A stretch of DNA of 56,429 bases from a virus. Taxonomy: Duplodnaviria; Caudoviricetes. Each line of letters begins with the position of its first letter. The stretch's first letter is position 1. Where the stretch lies: the IMG/VR virus record IMGVR_UViG_3300020438_003800, positions 1 through 56,429 of that record, one strand, 5' to 3'. Both the position numbers and the translations under genes were made by a program. Below are positions 56,371-56,429 of the stretch, in pieces. The notes beneath the pieces were generated by a model. That model made no database searches and was not told where the DNA came from. It was given only the letters and a program-made list of their open reading frames with translations.

Positions 56371-56429
56371 TTATAAATTTTTCCAAGTAAATGCTCCAAA
56401 GAACATTTCATCTTCTGACATCTGTCCCC
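56371..56429 (-). CDS. C-terminal end of an upstream gene; resembles copper type II (PHM/DBH-like) monooxygenase C-terminus
   Basis: [18 protein letters not shown]-stop, preceded by xGG (possibly W); only 18 residues visible. Confidence 0.35.
   Translation of the reverse strand, partial: GQMSEDEMFFGAFTWKNL

Noticed and set aside
1-56429. Stop-codon reassignment
   Set aside because: Long genes are intact under code 11, and TAA, TAG and TGA all end genes at sensible boundaries.
1-56429. tRNA, rRNA, CRISPR array, transposase, intron or intein
   Set aside because: Intergenic gaps are short and showed no cloverleaf or repeat-spacer pattern by eye; PolB, ThyA, ClpA and the clamp loader are normal length. 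A tRNA/Rfam scan was not run.

Overview
Gene-dense, AT-rich 56-kb segment of a large lytic dsDNA tailed phage (T4-related/jumbo myovirus-type gene set, probably aquatic, proteobacterial host); nearly all genes are on the minus strand and standard code 11 fits. In coordinate order: a partial TGT/DpdA-like transglycosylase (missed by the ORF track); replication genes (sliding clamp, family B DNA polymerase, DsbA/GapR-like protein) interleaved with sugar-nucleotide enzymes; a block of charged proteins that look like Glu-cleaved internal head polyproteins, interrupted by AT-rich accessory enzymes; clpA-dnaJ; a lysis module (GH19 endolysin, two spanins, mini-MscS, EF-hand holin-like protein, inserted carbamoyltransferase); phoH; nucleotide and auxiliary metabolism (dCMP deaminase, thyA, DHFR, ferredoxin, 2OG-Fe(II) oxygenase, clamp loader, class I aldolase, exonuclease, MazG-like, GroES); a stand-alone DnaE fragment; a baseplate/tail-fibre block with a subtilase carrying Ig-like repeats and a cupredoxin tail; iscA; and at the right edge an uncalled 23-aa PqqA peptide behind a possible copper monooxygenase C-terminus. 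Consensus sigma70 promoters and T4-late-like (A)TAAATA / GATAAGTA motifs are readable; several imply leaderless mRNAs, and one lies in the loop of a perfect 13-bp hairpin that hides the dnaJ start codon. No rRNA, tRNA, CRISPR array or transposase was recognised. All protein calls come from motif recognition by eye; no database search was run.
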